Part shown: positions 12,992-25,868 of the stretch, one piece after another
How the letters are laid out: each line of letters starts with the position of its first letter
Position numbering within the stretch: position 1 is the stretch's first letter
Assembly (NCBI RefSeq): GCF_018350175.1
Contig: NC_058368.1
Span: 120,220,001-120,284,000, forward strand
Source: Felis catus
Taxonomy: Eukaryota
DNA: 64,000 nt
Reading direction: 5' to 3'
The notes under the pieces: generated by a model
Seen by the model: only the letters and a program-made list of their open reading frames with translations
The model's database searches: none
What the model was told of the DNA's origin: nothing
Made by a program: the position numbers and the translations under genes

Positions 12992-13198
12992 GGGGCTCCT
13001 GGGTGGCTCAGTCACTTAAGTGTGACTCTTGTTTTCGGCTCACGTTATGATCTCATGGTTGGTGAGTTTGAGCCCCACATTGGGATCTGTACTGGCAGTG
13101 CAGAGCCTGCTTGGGGATCTCTGTCTTTCTTTCTCTCCCTCCCTTTCTCTTTCAAAATTAAATAAATAAACATTAAAAACATTACTTAAAAAAAAGAA
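12992..13198 (+). mobile_element. Older Can-SINE subfamily copy
   Basis: GGGGCTCCTGGGTGGCTCAG head, GCAGAGCCTGCTTGGG variant body; 7-bp TSD CTACTTA at 12985-12991 and 13199-13205. Confidence 0.92.
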
Positions 13199-13250
13199 CT
13201 ACTTATGTAGGTGATAAAACCTTAGAACTGTGAGGGATGCAAAAAAAAAT

Positions 13251-13830
13251 ATTTTCACTTTTTATTGAAGTATAATACATAGGTGTGTATATATATATTT
13301 ACACAAACCATAATTGTACAGCTCAATAAATTTCCATATACCCAGATAACCAGAGTTCAGATCAAGAAGAATCACAATATTATTGGTGCCACAAGATATC
13401 TCTTGTGCTCTATTCAAACCACTAACCTCTCCCTTGAGGGTAAAATATCCTATCTTCTAACAGAATAGATTGGCTTCGCTTGTTTTGTATTTTATATAAA
13501 TGGCAGCAGAAAGTATGTATTCTTTTGTATCTGACTATTGTTTTCTCATTATTATGTTTGGGAAGTTCATTACTATTGTGCGTAGCATAGTTATTTGTTT
13601 ATTTTCATGGCTTTCTCATTTTTTAGTATTTGAATGTATTGCCATTATTTAAAAACATCTGTTCCAATATTGAATGTTATTTGGATAGTTTCTAGTTTGA
13701 AATTTGAAAATGATTTAATTTCAAATATTGCTGCTGTGAGGATTCTTAAACAGTGCTTTTTGGTAAACATGCACATGCATTTCTCTTGAGTGTATAATTA
13801 GCAATAGAATTTCTGGGTCAGATAAGGTTT
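13251..13830 (-). mobile_element. Ancient L1 3' end (L1ME-like)
   Basis: TTTTATTGAAGTATAATACATA...TTTTATATAAATGG...GTATGTATTCTTTTGTATCTG...GAATTTCTGGGTCA. Confidence 0.8.
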
Positions 13831-14529
13831 TGCCACAGAGATTTATGTACTTTGTCTCTCTTTTTTTTTGTATTTATTTATTTTTCTATTTTCTTACTGA
13901 TTAGTTTGGGCTTATTATGTTCAGAAGAATTAGGAATAGTGTAAACATGTATATTTGGGGGGAAGCTGGGCCTGGCTGTTAGATACTCTTAAGAGGTGGT
14001 CAGGATATCCCATTTACTAGTTGTATTCTCTTGGACTCCCAGAACAGTGGTATATCTGCCTCTTGAAGACCACTTATTTCATTTTACTCTGGTCCTTGTC
14101 ACATGGGTCAGCCTCAGTTCTTGCACTTGATCCCTTGAAAGGCTATTGCTCTAGAGAATTACAGATCTCTTGAGGAATCATGCACCCAATGATCCAGCCT
14201 TTTGATATTCATCACTGCATTGTCTTCTTTATATATTAGTAAGACATAAAGGGCAAGGACCTCAAAAAAACACATAAAGAATCTGTTTGCCCTTCGCCCA
14301 TCATGACACTTTCTTTCTTCCTGTATGTGGATATTTTTATAATGATTTGGCATTTATGGCTTCTCAATTGCATCTAATGCATATTAGAATACTTTTCTCA
14401 AGAGTTGGTATAATCTTAGCTGAAGGCTAATGTTAGGTCTACATAGATAAGCATATGGACTGGGAAACAGAATTCCCATCTATATTTTATGCCTAAATAC
14501 CTAAATAATTTAGGATTTTTAAGGTATAC

Positions 14530-14670
14530 CATGGGTTATATATTGCTGTAGTGTTGTATGGTAATGAATGGTAGCTACATTTGTATTGGGCATAGCATAG
14601 TGTGTAAACTTGTTGAATCACTATTTTGCACACCTGGAACTACTATAACATTGTGTGTCAACAAAAAACA
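14530..14670 (+). mobile_element. L1 3'-end fragment (L1MA/L1_Carn-like)
   Basis: GAATCACTATTTTGCACACCTGGAACTACTATAACATTGTGTGTCAAC followed by an A tail. Confidence 0.75.
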
Positions 14671-15174
14671 TTTTTTCAAACTCATCTCAGATTTATCTAG
14701 CCAAATATTATCTGTAATATCATTTTTAAAAGAATTGGAAAATAAGTCACCTGTCTTGTTTGAGACTGGTAGGGCAGGGCTATCTTCTCTATTACATAAA
14801 CTTTTGAGACCATGGCTACTAAATCACACGCCTTTAAAATGAGAAAATGAAAGAAAAAAATTGTCATCTGTGTTACCAATTGTTTAAATGAGTCAGTGTC
14901 ATTTAAAAAAGAAGAAAAGATTGTACTTGATTGGAAGAGTGGTTGGAAACATAACCAGATAGCAGGTATGGTCTTGGATTAAATACTGATATAGATAACA
15001 AGCTATAAGGAATATTTGGGATCAATAGGGAGTAATAGAATGTGATCTAGATATCAAAGATGTTATAATTCTCTCAAATGGGAAATAAGTTTTGCAGAAT
15101 GACATATATTTCACTTTTCTGCCTGGCACTATAAACCATATGATCTCAAATTAGTTAGAAAAAATTGTATACTA

Positions 15175-15311
15175 AATTGGTGATGGGCATTAAGGAGGGC
15201 ACTTATTGGGATGAGTGCTGGGTGTTATATGTAAGTGATGGACCCCTAAATTCTACTCCAGAAACCATTATTACACTTTGTGTTCACTAACTTGGATTTA
15301 AATTTAAAAAA
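15175..15311 (+). mobile_element. Carnivore L1 3'-end fragment
   Basis: GGTGATGGGCATTAAGGAGGGCAC...GATGAGTGCTGGGTGTTATATGTAAGTGATG...CTAACTTGGATTTAAATT. Confidence 0.88.
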
Positions 15312-15411
15312 TATTATATCTGTACATGAACAGGCTTGCATAGAGAAATTCCAAAAAGATCGAGCTGAAGATATGATCTGCACTGGTTTTGGGGTGGTGG
15401 AAATGTAAAGC

Positions 15412-15412
<1 letters not shown>

Positions 15413-15445
<33 letters not shown>
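15413..15445. repeat. (ATT)n microsatellite
   Basis: Read directly. Confidence 0.95.
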
Positions 15446-15449
<4 letters not shown>

Positions 15450-15639
15450 TTTTAACAATTTTATTTGTCTTTATTTTCAACATTTCTACAGTGTACAAGT
15501 TATTATGTTAATGATAGAGTGATTTTTAGGGTAAACAAATACATAAGTAAATAGGTAAGGTATTTAGCAGCACAAATTATCTGATAGCTGACTAATGCAA
15601 ATAGCAAATCTAATAATAACAGTAGCAGCAAAAAATAAC

Positions 15640-15880
15640 ATAATTAGCATCTATTAAGTGTGGAAAACACTGTGATAATTCTTGTTTCAACATCATGTCA
15701 CTTGATTTTTCTTAAAACCTTATGAAATAGGTATTGTTCTTATTTACATTTTATAAGTGAGGAAACTGAAGGTCACAAAGATCTCTACCCACTTGGTCAG
15801 GGACAAAGCTAGTTAAGTGATGGGAGGTGAGATTTAAGCCCCATCTATCTGAATGCAAATCATTCTCACTTAATTACCAT
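15640..15880 (-). mobile_element. MIR
   Basis: CATTTTATAAGTGAGGAAACTGAAGG...AGCTAGTTAAGTGA...GATTTAAGCCC. Confidence 0.8.
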
Positions 15881-16014
15881 ATACATAGCCTCCCACCATC
15901 CTATTATCAACATCATCATCTAATTGGCAATCTCAGTGATAGCTTCTCTGTTCTAGGAGCTATAGAGATTATTCCACAAATTGCCAAATAGGGTCTGTTA
16001 CATTAAAAAAAACT

Positions 16015-16233
16015 GGCAAACCATAAGAGACTCTTAAATACAGAGAACAAACTGATGGTTGCTGGAAGGGGGTGGGAGGGTGGGAGTGGGTTAAATGGGT
16101 GACTGGCATTAAGAAGGGCACTTTTCAGCATGAGCACTGGGTGTCATAATTAAGAGATGAATCACTGGGTTCCACTCCTGAAGCCAAGAGTACACTGTAT
16201 GTTAAGTAACTTGAATAAACAAACAAACAAAAA
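16015..16233 (+). mobile_element. Carnivore L1 3' UTR fragment
   Basis: CAAACCATAAGAGACTCTTAAATACAGAGAACAAACTGA...ATGAGCACTGGGTGTCATA...(AAAC)n tail; similar to 62290-62490. Confidence 0.9.
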
Positions 16234-17859
16234 TGCTATATAGAAATTTGGAAAGCTGGAGTAGAAATTCGGTAAGAAGTGGCTGGCCCTACATTCTAAG
16301 AGCTCATAATTTAGTGAGATTGTTATGAATGTGGAAAAATAATTTACATGTATTTATTTTTTGAAAAGTCACTTTTAGTGCCAAGAATGAAATAGAAATA
16401 AATTTCAAACATTTTTCTATCATATGTGAATACCCTAATAAATTAAGGTAAAACACTTAACATCTTTTATATAGATGTTTATATAAATGCTGATAGATAC
16501 TTATTAAAAATGGATGTGTAGATAGAAATTTATTAATTTTTTCCAGTAGATAAAGTATGAACAGAATCTTAATTAAATACCTTCATAAATATACATTAAA
16601 TATGCTTAAGAAGATTTCAGATATTCCCTTCTGGTTGAAAAGAACCATTCTTGGAAACAAGTTTTGCAGGATGGCATATATTTCATGTATGTGCCTAACG
16701 TCATGGTAAAGTTCACTGGAATTTATATTGCAATTAAACTAAATTGAGCAATATAAAAGTATACAGAAAAATAAGAGGTAAAAAGCTAAGGAAAAGGACA
16801 ATTCATGTAAAAAAAAATTTTTGGCTTCAAAATAACACTAAAATGTCAGGTTTTTTGAGTGAAGTAAGGGGACTTTCCCAATGTGATTAAAATTTTTGAT
16901 TTAAGAATAATTCAAACACAAAAGGGAAGAAAAGTATGTCAAGAATGTGGTCCAACCCTCAAGGAATGGGGTGTCTTGAGTCTGCAAGTTTTAGTCAGGC
17001 AAAGACTAGTTCTGGAAATTCAGGAACCTCTTATGAACCATGGGGAGTTGATGTCCAGGGACAATTACTGATTCCTAGGATGCAATTTATTAAGAGATAT
17101 TACTACCTTAATTTCTCCCCACAGTTACCTTGAAGGAAACACTATTTCTAATAAGATGAAAACTACCTTTCAGACATTTCCATTAGATTGTTAGGTAGTT
17201 TTACTGTAAATTGACCAGTCATAGTGATTTTCTAAGAAGATAAAAAAAAAATTCCAACAAAGAAAACACATCAGCTGCTCTGCAGAATTGTGTAAATTAG
17301 ACACAGAAAAGGTATTTGGAAACATTTGATGTGAGAGATTTTTTGTAAAGGAACCAAATATTTATCTGGACAGAAGTATCTTCCCACTCCCTCCCTCCCA
17401 GATTGAGTCAATTCAGCAAAGAAGTTTCTGATACTATTATAATAAAATAGTGGGCATTTCAGAGATAGGGTTTTCTTAAAGTAGACATGTGCCCTACAAG
17501 TGAGGAGTAATAAATGAATGGTTAATCTATTCATTTCTTTTATGTAGATGACACTCACACTCCAGAACCTCTGAGTTCTCACCCATAGGGAAGAGATAGT
17601 AGAATATCTCTACTATATTTGGCTTCTACTTTCTAGGCTATTTACGTTTTTGGCTTTTTTAATTAAAGGCATTCCTCATTCTATAGAAAATTGTGTAAAG
17701 ATTCTTAAAAAATAGTCTTTCAGCCACCATGATGGTCAGTCCATGCATTTTATGAACAAATGAACTGCTCTGATTGCATTACATCACAGACATTTTCTGT
17801 GATAAAACATGAACAGTGATGAGAATTTGAGTGCAGATTTAAGAGAGATTTCCTGGGTT

Positions 17860-18295
17860 TAGCACCTGCCTCCACCCATTTATTTCTTGTGAGGTTTTGG
17901 GCAAGTTCCTTAATTTCTCTAAGTATTGTCTAAAATTGCAGTAATAATAATAATATGTATCCTCATTAATAAAATTGAGATAATAATAGGGTTTATTAAG
18001 AATTAAGTAAATCTGGGGTGCCTAGATGGCTCAGCAGTTAAGCATCTGACTTTGGCTCAGATCAGGATCTCATGGTTTGTGAGTTTGAGCCCTGCTTTGG
18101 GCTCTGTCCTGACAGCTCAGAGCCTAGAGCCTGGTTCGGATTCTGTGTCTCCTCTCTCTCTGCCTCTCCCCTGCTCACATTCTGTCTCTCTCTCTCTTAA
18201 AAATAATACACATTAAAAAAAAAAAAAAAGAAGTAACTATGAAAGCACTTACAGTAGTAAATAGGCATAGGCATGTTTAAAACATTAGTTATTAT
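17860..18295 (+). mobile_element. MIR interrupted by a Can-SINE
   Basis: TTGGGCAAGTTCCTTAATTTCTCTAAG before the SINE, TGAAAGCACTTA...AAACATTAGTTATTATT after it. Confidence 0.6.
18015..18229 (+). mobile_element. Can-SINE
   Basis: GGGGTGCCTAGATGGCTCAG head, CT tract, poly(A). Confidence 0.95.
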
Positions 18296-19551
18296 TTTCA
18301 TGAGCATCATACCCATCTATACATAGTATTCTAACAAGCAAATACAGTATCACTGATTTTGCCATTAAATATCCTTATTTGATAGATTTATGTGTAGTTG
18401 GATTGGTCTAACATGATATATTAGTTATATTAACTTTGTGACATATCAGAATGAGCCAGAAGAAAATACTCAGATTATAAAATGTTTGTAATTTTTTCTA
18501 ATTATGTAAAAATTTGTGGGTTATTTTCAAGTATACAAAGTAATAAAGGTAGTCATCTAGATTATCTGACAAATGTTCCTCTTATCCAAAATAAATGAAT
18601 AGTACCGTGATGATAAAATATTAACGTGATAACAGGAAATAATCAAGGTAATATTTTCAGAAATAATCACTTTACCCTAAGCTTGTGGAATGATATAAAC
18701 TCCAATTACAGGAAGTCAAAACTTTATTTTGCAGAAGTAAGAGAACTTTCCTAACATATCCATAAAAAAGCATAGATTAAACGTAGGGTCCTGTGTGTGT
18801 GGATTAACTGAACCTACTTGGAACACAAATACCTGAAAATCTATTCTTTAGACACATCGCTTTAGTAAATTATTATAAAAAAGTTGATTTACTGAAAAAG
18901 ATATAGATTTAGTAATTGGTCTAGACTTTAAAAATTTTGTTAACGTTCCAGCTTCAAACTTTAGAAAAGTCTTGTATATTCTCTCAGAACATAATAAATA
19001 TGGTAGATTTTTAAAAATAAAGGCTCAATAGAATTTTTGTGTTAAAATACTCCAGCTCAGTCATAGAAAGACATGTTTTGTCTGTAACTTATTTATACAC
19101 TGAGGGAATCTGAATTGGAAGACTAAGCAATTTTTAGTAAGTTTGATAAAAGTAGGTGTCCAATAAGATCAGGTTCTCCTTAACTGGTTCTAACAACTGA
19201 ATTATTAAAATTATTGCCTCCAATGTTTGGATCCTTTAGAAATCATCGACCCAGTCTGTGTGAATTAAATTAAATGGATTGGCAAAGACATTGCCAAGTC
19301 CCGTTAGCCATAGTAATTGGACAGTAATCTGTATGAACAACTACACTGACCTGTACCAAATATTTCAAATAGATCATGTGTTAGTATTTTAACTTGAGAT
19401 GAAAGTAATAAGAGCCAGAGACCATAAGAGCATTATTTCACACATATTGTATAAAAGAGAAAGTATGAGAAAATATATTTAAAAACAACAACAACAACAA
19501 CAAAAGCAAAAACACAGTCACCGTAGGCAGCCATTATATTTGGGAGACTCA

Positions 19552-19763
19552 GGGGCGCCTGGGTGGCTCAGTCGGTTAAGCGTCTGACTTCAGCTCAGGT
19601 CGTGATCTAGCTGTGAGTTCAAGCCCCATGTCGGGCTCTGTGCTGACCACTCAGAGCCTGGAGCCTGTTTCGGATTCTGTGTGTCTCTCTCTCTCTGATC
19701 CTCCCCCATTCATGCTCTGTCTCTCTCTGTCTCAAAAATAAATAAATGTTAAAAAAATTTTTT
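19552..19763 (+). mobile_element. Can-SINE
   Basis: GGGGCGCCTGGGTGGCTCAGTCGGTTAAGCG; perfect 18-bp TSD TTATATTTGGGAGACTCA at 19534-19551 and 19764-19781. Confidence 0.97.
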
Positions 19764-20808
19764 TTATATTTGGGAGACTCATAGGACAGGACCCTAAATA
19801 GAATCTGAGACTTTTCTGTGATGAGTTTTCTCCCTCACAGAAAGAGATAATACTAATAGATTGTGCCTATAGTTCTTAAACCAAACATGGCAGGTCTTTG
19901 CCCCATCCAAAAGATATACTGCTTTTCTGCCTAATGATGGAGAACATACATTGTATGGAAATGCTGATAGACTCTTTGATGAGAAAGTATACTTTCTTCC
20001 TTTTGATGCTTTGTAGACATCTATATATAGGGGGAAAATGTGACTCATATACTGTAAGACTTGGAAAGAAAGCAGTAAATATATGTAACTAAGGAACAGC
20101 AATTTCTGCCCTGGGGAAAGTAAGACAAAAGGTAAGAACATTTCTCCATTTTCCTTGAACATTATCTCATCAGCCCATAAAGAGTTTGGCTAATATCTCT
20201 GCTAAATACCCCTTAATTGGCCATTCTTACCCCATGTCTGGAGCCCCAAATTATTCACATTAAAAAATCCCTCCTTTCAGCAGGCAACTAAGAGTGATTC
20301 TATTATCCTGTTATTGCTTGGTCTAAATTAGTGCTTATAAAAAGGTATTTTCTAAACTGGAGACTTTGGAAGGCAGGAGAATTTTAACTGGGTTTTACTT
20401 TGAGACTGTGAATGAGAAATGCGTATGTAACACAGTAAACTTGTTTCAAAGGTAAATACCTTTGAAAATATGTGAGATCAATGTCTACACCCACTGCCAT
20501 AGTTACATAATGTACTTGCTGAGGCAGGACCAGACTGAGGAGCTTAAACCAAGCTCATCCAAAGGCAAATTAAAGGAAGGGAATAGAATTAGTTGCCAAG
20601 AGACTTGTGGGTCTTCTGTTGTGTCTTCTCTCTTCTGTTCAGCTGGAATAAATCCAAATCCTATCACTTACCAAGTAGCTTACACATAAACTTGGAACTA
20701 AGACAGATTGGGGAAGAGCCCCCTTAATCCTGTAAAGTATGTGCTGAAAACAACTCATAATGGTGGAATGCTTGACACTGAACTCTAAAGATTTTTCCAG
20801 TAACTTCT

Positions 20809-21044
20809 TTTATTATATATATAAATTTTTTTACTGTTTGTTTATTTTTGACAGAGAGAGAGAGAGAGAGACAGAGCATGGAGTGGGGGAGGGGCAGAGA
20901 GAGGGGGGGACACAGAATCTGAAGCCGGCTCCAGGCTCTGAGCTGTCAGCACAGAGCCTGACATGGGGCTTAAACACACAGACCGCGACATCGTGACCTG
21001 AGCCGAAGTCGGACGCTCAACCAACTGAGCCACCCAGGCACCCA
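20809..21044 (-). mobile_element. Can-SINE
   Basis: SINEC body; 13-bp TSD TCCAGTAACTTCT at 20796-20808 and 21045-21057. Confidence 0.96.
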
Positions 21045-21730
21045 TCCAGTAACTTCTAATTAGCCAAATTTCTTTGACTGTAAGTAGCGGAAATGTCAGT
21101 GCTACATCAGAAATGTGTTTTGTTTTGTTTTGTTTTAATGAAACACAAACTTATTGTAAAGGTTTAATTATTTAAAGAAGAAAAAAAAGTTAAAAAATCA
21201 AACTCAGAAATAAAAAAAGAATAAGATAGGTCACTTTTGAGGACATATGCTATAGGAATTAATAAACTGTTTTGTTGGGACATCAATGTTGGCATGAATT
21301 AGCTGTGATTGTTTTCTGTGCTTAGATTACTTCATTTAGGATTAATGGGTTTAAGAGGTAGAGAATCCAGCTAAGCTTCCTTAGGTGAGATGTGAATCAC
21401 TTACACAGGTTTGGGGAGGGTGTCTTGTTTGGTAATCCCACTGAAATTGCAAGAGTTATGAATTGATTCAAAAAGACATCAGGGTATTGCTACTAGAATA
21501 ATGCTAATGGATTTTGGAAAACAAGGGAACAAATATCCATTATACCAACCATTTACTTAATATAGTCTTAAATTAACCATGTGTATATTAAGACCATCAT
21601 ATATTTCATTTACTACAATCTCTTGCAACTAATGAATATATGTAAAACAGTTAAATATCCGATTGCCTCGGGGTTATCTTATCTACCAGATGCTTCAAAC
21701 TTGGAAAAACTTAACTCCATTTCTCTCACG

Positions 21731-21746
21731 TCTGTCTGTGTGTCTG

Positions 21747-21794
<48 letters not shown>

Positions 21795-21843
21795 TCCTTC
21801 CTTCCTTCCTTCCTTCCTTCCTTCCTTCCTTCCTTCCTTCCTT
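21731..21843. repeat. Compound (TCTG)n(TTTC)n(TTCC)n microsatellite at a SINE tail
   Basis: Read directly; contiguous with the tail of the SINE at 21844. Confidence 0.95.
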
Positions 21844-22051
21844 AATTTTTTTTTTAATATTTATATTTGAGAGGGAGAGAGACAGCACAAGCAGTGGAGG
21901 GGCAGAGAGAGAGGGAGACACAGAATCGGAAGCAGGCTCCAGGCTCCGACCTGTCAGCAACAGAGCCTGGCATGGGGCTTGAACCCATGAACTATGAGAT
22001 CATGACCTAGCCGAAGTCAGATGTTTAACCAACTGAGCCACCCAGGCGCCC
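21844..22051 (-). mobile_element. Can-SINE
   Basis: SINEC body ending GAGCCACCCAGGCGCCC. Confidence 0.95.
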
Positions 22052-22652
22052 ATCTCATGCCATTCTTAATGAGCTTGGTTTCAGTCTGTGTTAATACAGG
22101 TCTACAGTAGACCTTATCCTAGGTTATGGCCCTTAGTTCTAACTGGAGGTATCTTTGGTGTCTCAGGAAGATGGCTGGCCTCTTAACAAGGTCTATTCAC
22201 TCTTGCTGGTCCAGAATTGCAATATCTTCTAGCACTGTTTTATGTTTTTATCCCTATTCTTTCCTTAACTCCATCACATTACTCCCTGGAAAATGTCAGA
22301 AAGTGTGTTCCTGTATCTAAATAACCCATTCCTTGGCCTAATAATTTTTTTGAAACCCTTTCCCATGAATTTCTAGATTCTTTATCTGTGCTACTTTCTC
22401 CTAAGTGCCCTGCCCCCCCCCCCCCTTGTTCTTAGACATTTCAGAAGCCTGGAACTCTTCTCTGTCACAGATCCCCTGTGGTCTAGTTGCACTCTCCCTC
22501 CCTCTGCAACATTTACGAAGTTATCCCTGATGAGAAAGCTGGAACAAAAGAGGAATTTACCTTATGAATTTATTTTCTTTCAGGGATTGCTATCATGAAT
22601 GGCTATTGTCCAATATCTGAAAATAGTTATCTTAAATATTTTGACCAGCTTA

Positions 22653-22859
22653 AAATTTTTTTTTACCATTTATTTATTACTGAGAGAGATAGAGCATGAG
22701 CATGAGAAGGGCAGAGAGAGAGGGAGACCCAGAATCCGAAGCAGGCTCCAGGCTCTGACCTGTCAGCACAGAGCCCAATGCGGGCTCGAACTCACAAACT
22801 GCAAGATCATGACCTGAGCTGAAGTCAGATGCTTAACCGACCTAGCCACCCCAGTACCC
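22653..22859 (-). mobile_element. Can-SINE
   Basis: SINEC body; 11-bp TSD TGACCAG[C/A]TTA at 22642-22652 and 22860-22870. Confidence 0.94.
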
Positions 22860-23569
22860 TGACCAGATTATGATATGTCTAGCAAAAGGACCGGTCTAGT
22901 ACCACTTGCTACATTATGGTTGAAAATAGTATTTAATGAAAATATAAGTTCTGAAATAAAAACATTTTTATACAACATTAAAAACATTATTTTGGAGACC
23001 GTATGTAGGTGAAATTACATGAAAAAGTAATCAGGGTGATGAGCACAGGATTTCAGAAACTTGTTAGCGCAGTTGAGAAGGCACGGTTTCAGTCTTCTTG
23101 GGGGTAAGAATTACATGTAGATGTAAGTCATTGCCAATATTGTAACTTCTATGTTAGACAGTAGTTTGATAGGTTCTTACCCACATTATTGAAATGGACA
23201 GATGTGGATAAATAAAAAGGGGTATTGTGTTGGTCAGTGATCAGTGATGAGATTGTCATGAACAAAGCAGCATAATTTCTCTCATTCTCTCCTTGTGAAG
23301 CCATATTTTACAAATTGCCCATAAATTGGACCATAGGGATCATTTTTATTGTTGCTTACAAATTGGAAAACGAAACTAACAATTAGCAAATAGAAACTTC
23401 TTTGTGGAGTTTCTAAGCGATATATAGCCTTTCTGAGGGACACTGAGAAACTCTTCGTATTGCATGAACTGAGCCTTGCAAAACACAACTTTACTTGACT
23501 TAAAATATTTTTAGGTATGCTCAGCATTCTGGCACTAAATTTTATGATAGTTTAGGACAAGGACACTAT

Positions 23570-23975
23570 ATATAATAGCTCCAAATTAGAAACAAACCAT
23601 TTTCCCATAAACATTAAAGTGGATAAATAATATGTGATATGTTTATACAATGGAATACTTGGGGCATTTTAAATATGAACTAAAGGAAAAAAATGGATAA
23701 ACCCTACTAATGCAGATAAAGAAGTCAGACACAAAAGATCACATACAATAAGGTTTCATTTATGATCAATCTGTAGTGTTGGACATCAGGGTAATGGTTA
23801 TTTTAAGGGAGTTTGTCAGTATCAGAGTTGGTGGGAACGAAGGTGAGGGAAGCTTCTAGATCCTTCTGACATTTTGTTTTGATTTGGATGGTGATTGAAT
23901 GGATGGCTCATTTTGTGATAATTCAACAGTCTGTAAACTTAAGTCTATTGCACTTTTATATGTACAACATGTTTT
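23570..23975 (+). mobile_element. Ancient L1 3' end (L1ME-like)
   Basis: ATAATAGCTCCAAATTAGAAACAA...TGGATAAATAA...ATACAATGGAATACT...AGAAGTCAGACACAAAAGA...TTTGTGATAATTCA. Confidence 0.8.
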
Positions 23976-24186
23976 TAAGACCTAGTTTGTTTTAATATTT
24001 AGTGTTCCTAAATTAAGTATGCTGTTTTCTTAAGTGGTGAGGTTCCTTTTCTTACGTTGTTTCAAAAGTATGAGCATTGGGATCCTATATACCTTATGAG
24101 GCATGCTGGATTCTATCTACCTTGTGAGGCGGGGGCAAAAAATAATGTTATTTACCACTAAGCTCAGTGAACATGATCTGCTCACT

Positions 24187-24215
24187 AATATATATATATT
24201 ATATATATCTGCTAA

Positions 24216-24256
<41 letters not shown>
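24187..24256. repeat. Interrupted (AT)n microsatellite
   Basis: (AT)19 at 24219-24256 plus a shorter run upstream. Confidence 0.95.
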
Positions 24257-24259
<3 letters not shown>

Positions 24260-25868
24260 CATGAAGAATACCTTTTCATTTTTTAAACCCATGAAAATCC
24301 CATCATGGCATTAAAATTTAGATTTCCTTTTCTGGTTGGGGTACTCAGAAACAGAATACCTTCATTTCCTAGTAGCAGTATTAACAAGTGGCAATAGTAA
24401 CGTTACCGATTACAAAAACAAATAAGTAAATAAGACCCTAAGCAAGATAGAAAGATGCCTCATGTTTTCTTCCCATACCCTTGGTGTATCTCATTTGAAT
24501 TATTGCATGGTAATAGAATTGTGCAGTATTCTACCCTCCAAATAACAACCCATCAAGACTACCTCTAGATGATTGGCAGAAGCATTGATCTGTGACAAAG
24601 ACTGAAGGCCCTTCTTGCTGAAGAAGAACTTTTCAAGGCCCCTGATAGAGTTGGCCGATTGGAGATAGACTTTCTGACTGTGAGCTCTCCTCCTATAGAG
24701 TCAACTTGTCTTGAATAAAATAAATGAGCCCAAACTTTTCTCACATTCCAGAGTGATTTATCATAGAACAAAAACTTCAGTTTGACAAATCTTTAGCCAT
24801 CACTCAAAGTGTCTGCTTTCTTTGTAGATGACATTCCATTATAGTCCTGTACAAAAATAATATTGTCAGGAACTCTATTGAATCATGAGTTTATTTAATT
24901 ATTTGGTCTCTAAGAGAAAAGAAGCCACTTGTTAGCATGTGGTTTAGTGTCTTATTGCATAAAATAAGAATGTTCTTAGAACAAATTTAATGCAAATTGA
25001 ATATACCCATATATACGAGCCTTAGAAATAGTAGGTTAACACTGCTATAGCATCTACAACACTTGACATACTGTATCACCCTGAACTTGATCAACTAAAA
25101 AAAAGACAGTACAAATTTTATGGACTAAGGGGTTTAATATGTGAATTAAGAATCCTATAAATGTGGAAAGGTTTGGAGTGTGAAGGTAGGGAAAACAACA
25201 TCTGGAGGATCAGAAAAACATTCATTACATACCCTGAAGCACTGGATTTGGGGAACAAAGTTACTAATAATGAAGAAATCTGCATTGTACCACGGTGTGA
25301 AGGGAAACTTATAAGATCTGAAGGCTTACCACTTCTGACTGCCACAGCCTTCCAAAGAAGGCTAGCTTCTCTTTGACTTTGCATTCCAAAGAAGACATGA
25401 ATTCTTTTCACTGGAAAATTCTAAACAGAGATTGTATGGCAAAGGGGATTCTGTGAAATATATTTTCTATTCTCAGAAGGGGTTGCTGGTGATAGTGCCA
25501 TGTTGACAGCATGCATTCTGACACAGTGCACTTTGTCAACTCAGTGTCTATTCCCATCCCCTTTTACCCGTATTTAGGATCCAGATGAAAATACCACCCT
25601 GCTTCTGCTTAATATCTTGCCATTATCCCACATACAACTGTATTTATTTTATAAAAGATTGAAGACAGACAAATCTCTCCCTGAATGAGGAAATGTAGGT
25701 TTCATGGACTCAGTCCATCTCTAGTAGCATTCATTCCTCTCCCATTCAAGTTCAAAGCCTGCTCTGATATTCTGTTACTTACATGCTGAGATACGGGTGA
25801 AGCATTATTGAGACTCTTATATTAGGTAGTAAAGGACTGACAAAGAGAAAAGAGAAGAATCCATATGC

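Noticed and set aside
21060..21545. Possible ancient MLT1-like LTR
   Set aside because: Only vague motif similarity
21581..21982. 133-aa ORF with SFFL/PSFL repeats
   Set aside because: Translation of a tetranucleotide microsatellite and a SINE
25330..25510. Possible ancient ERV-L LTR fragment (GGGGATTCTGTGAAATATA motif)
   Set aside because: Too diverged to bound or classify by eye
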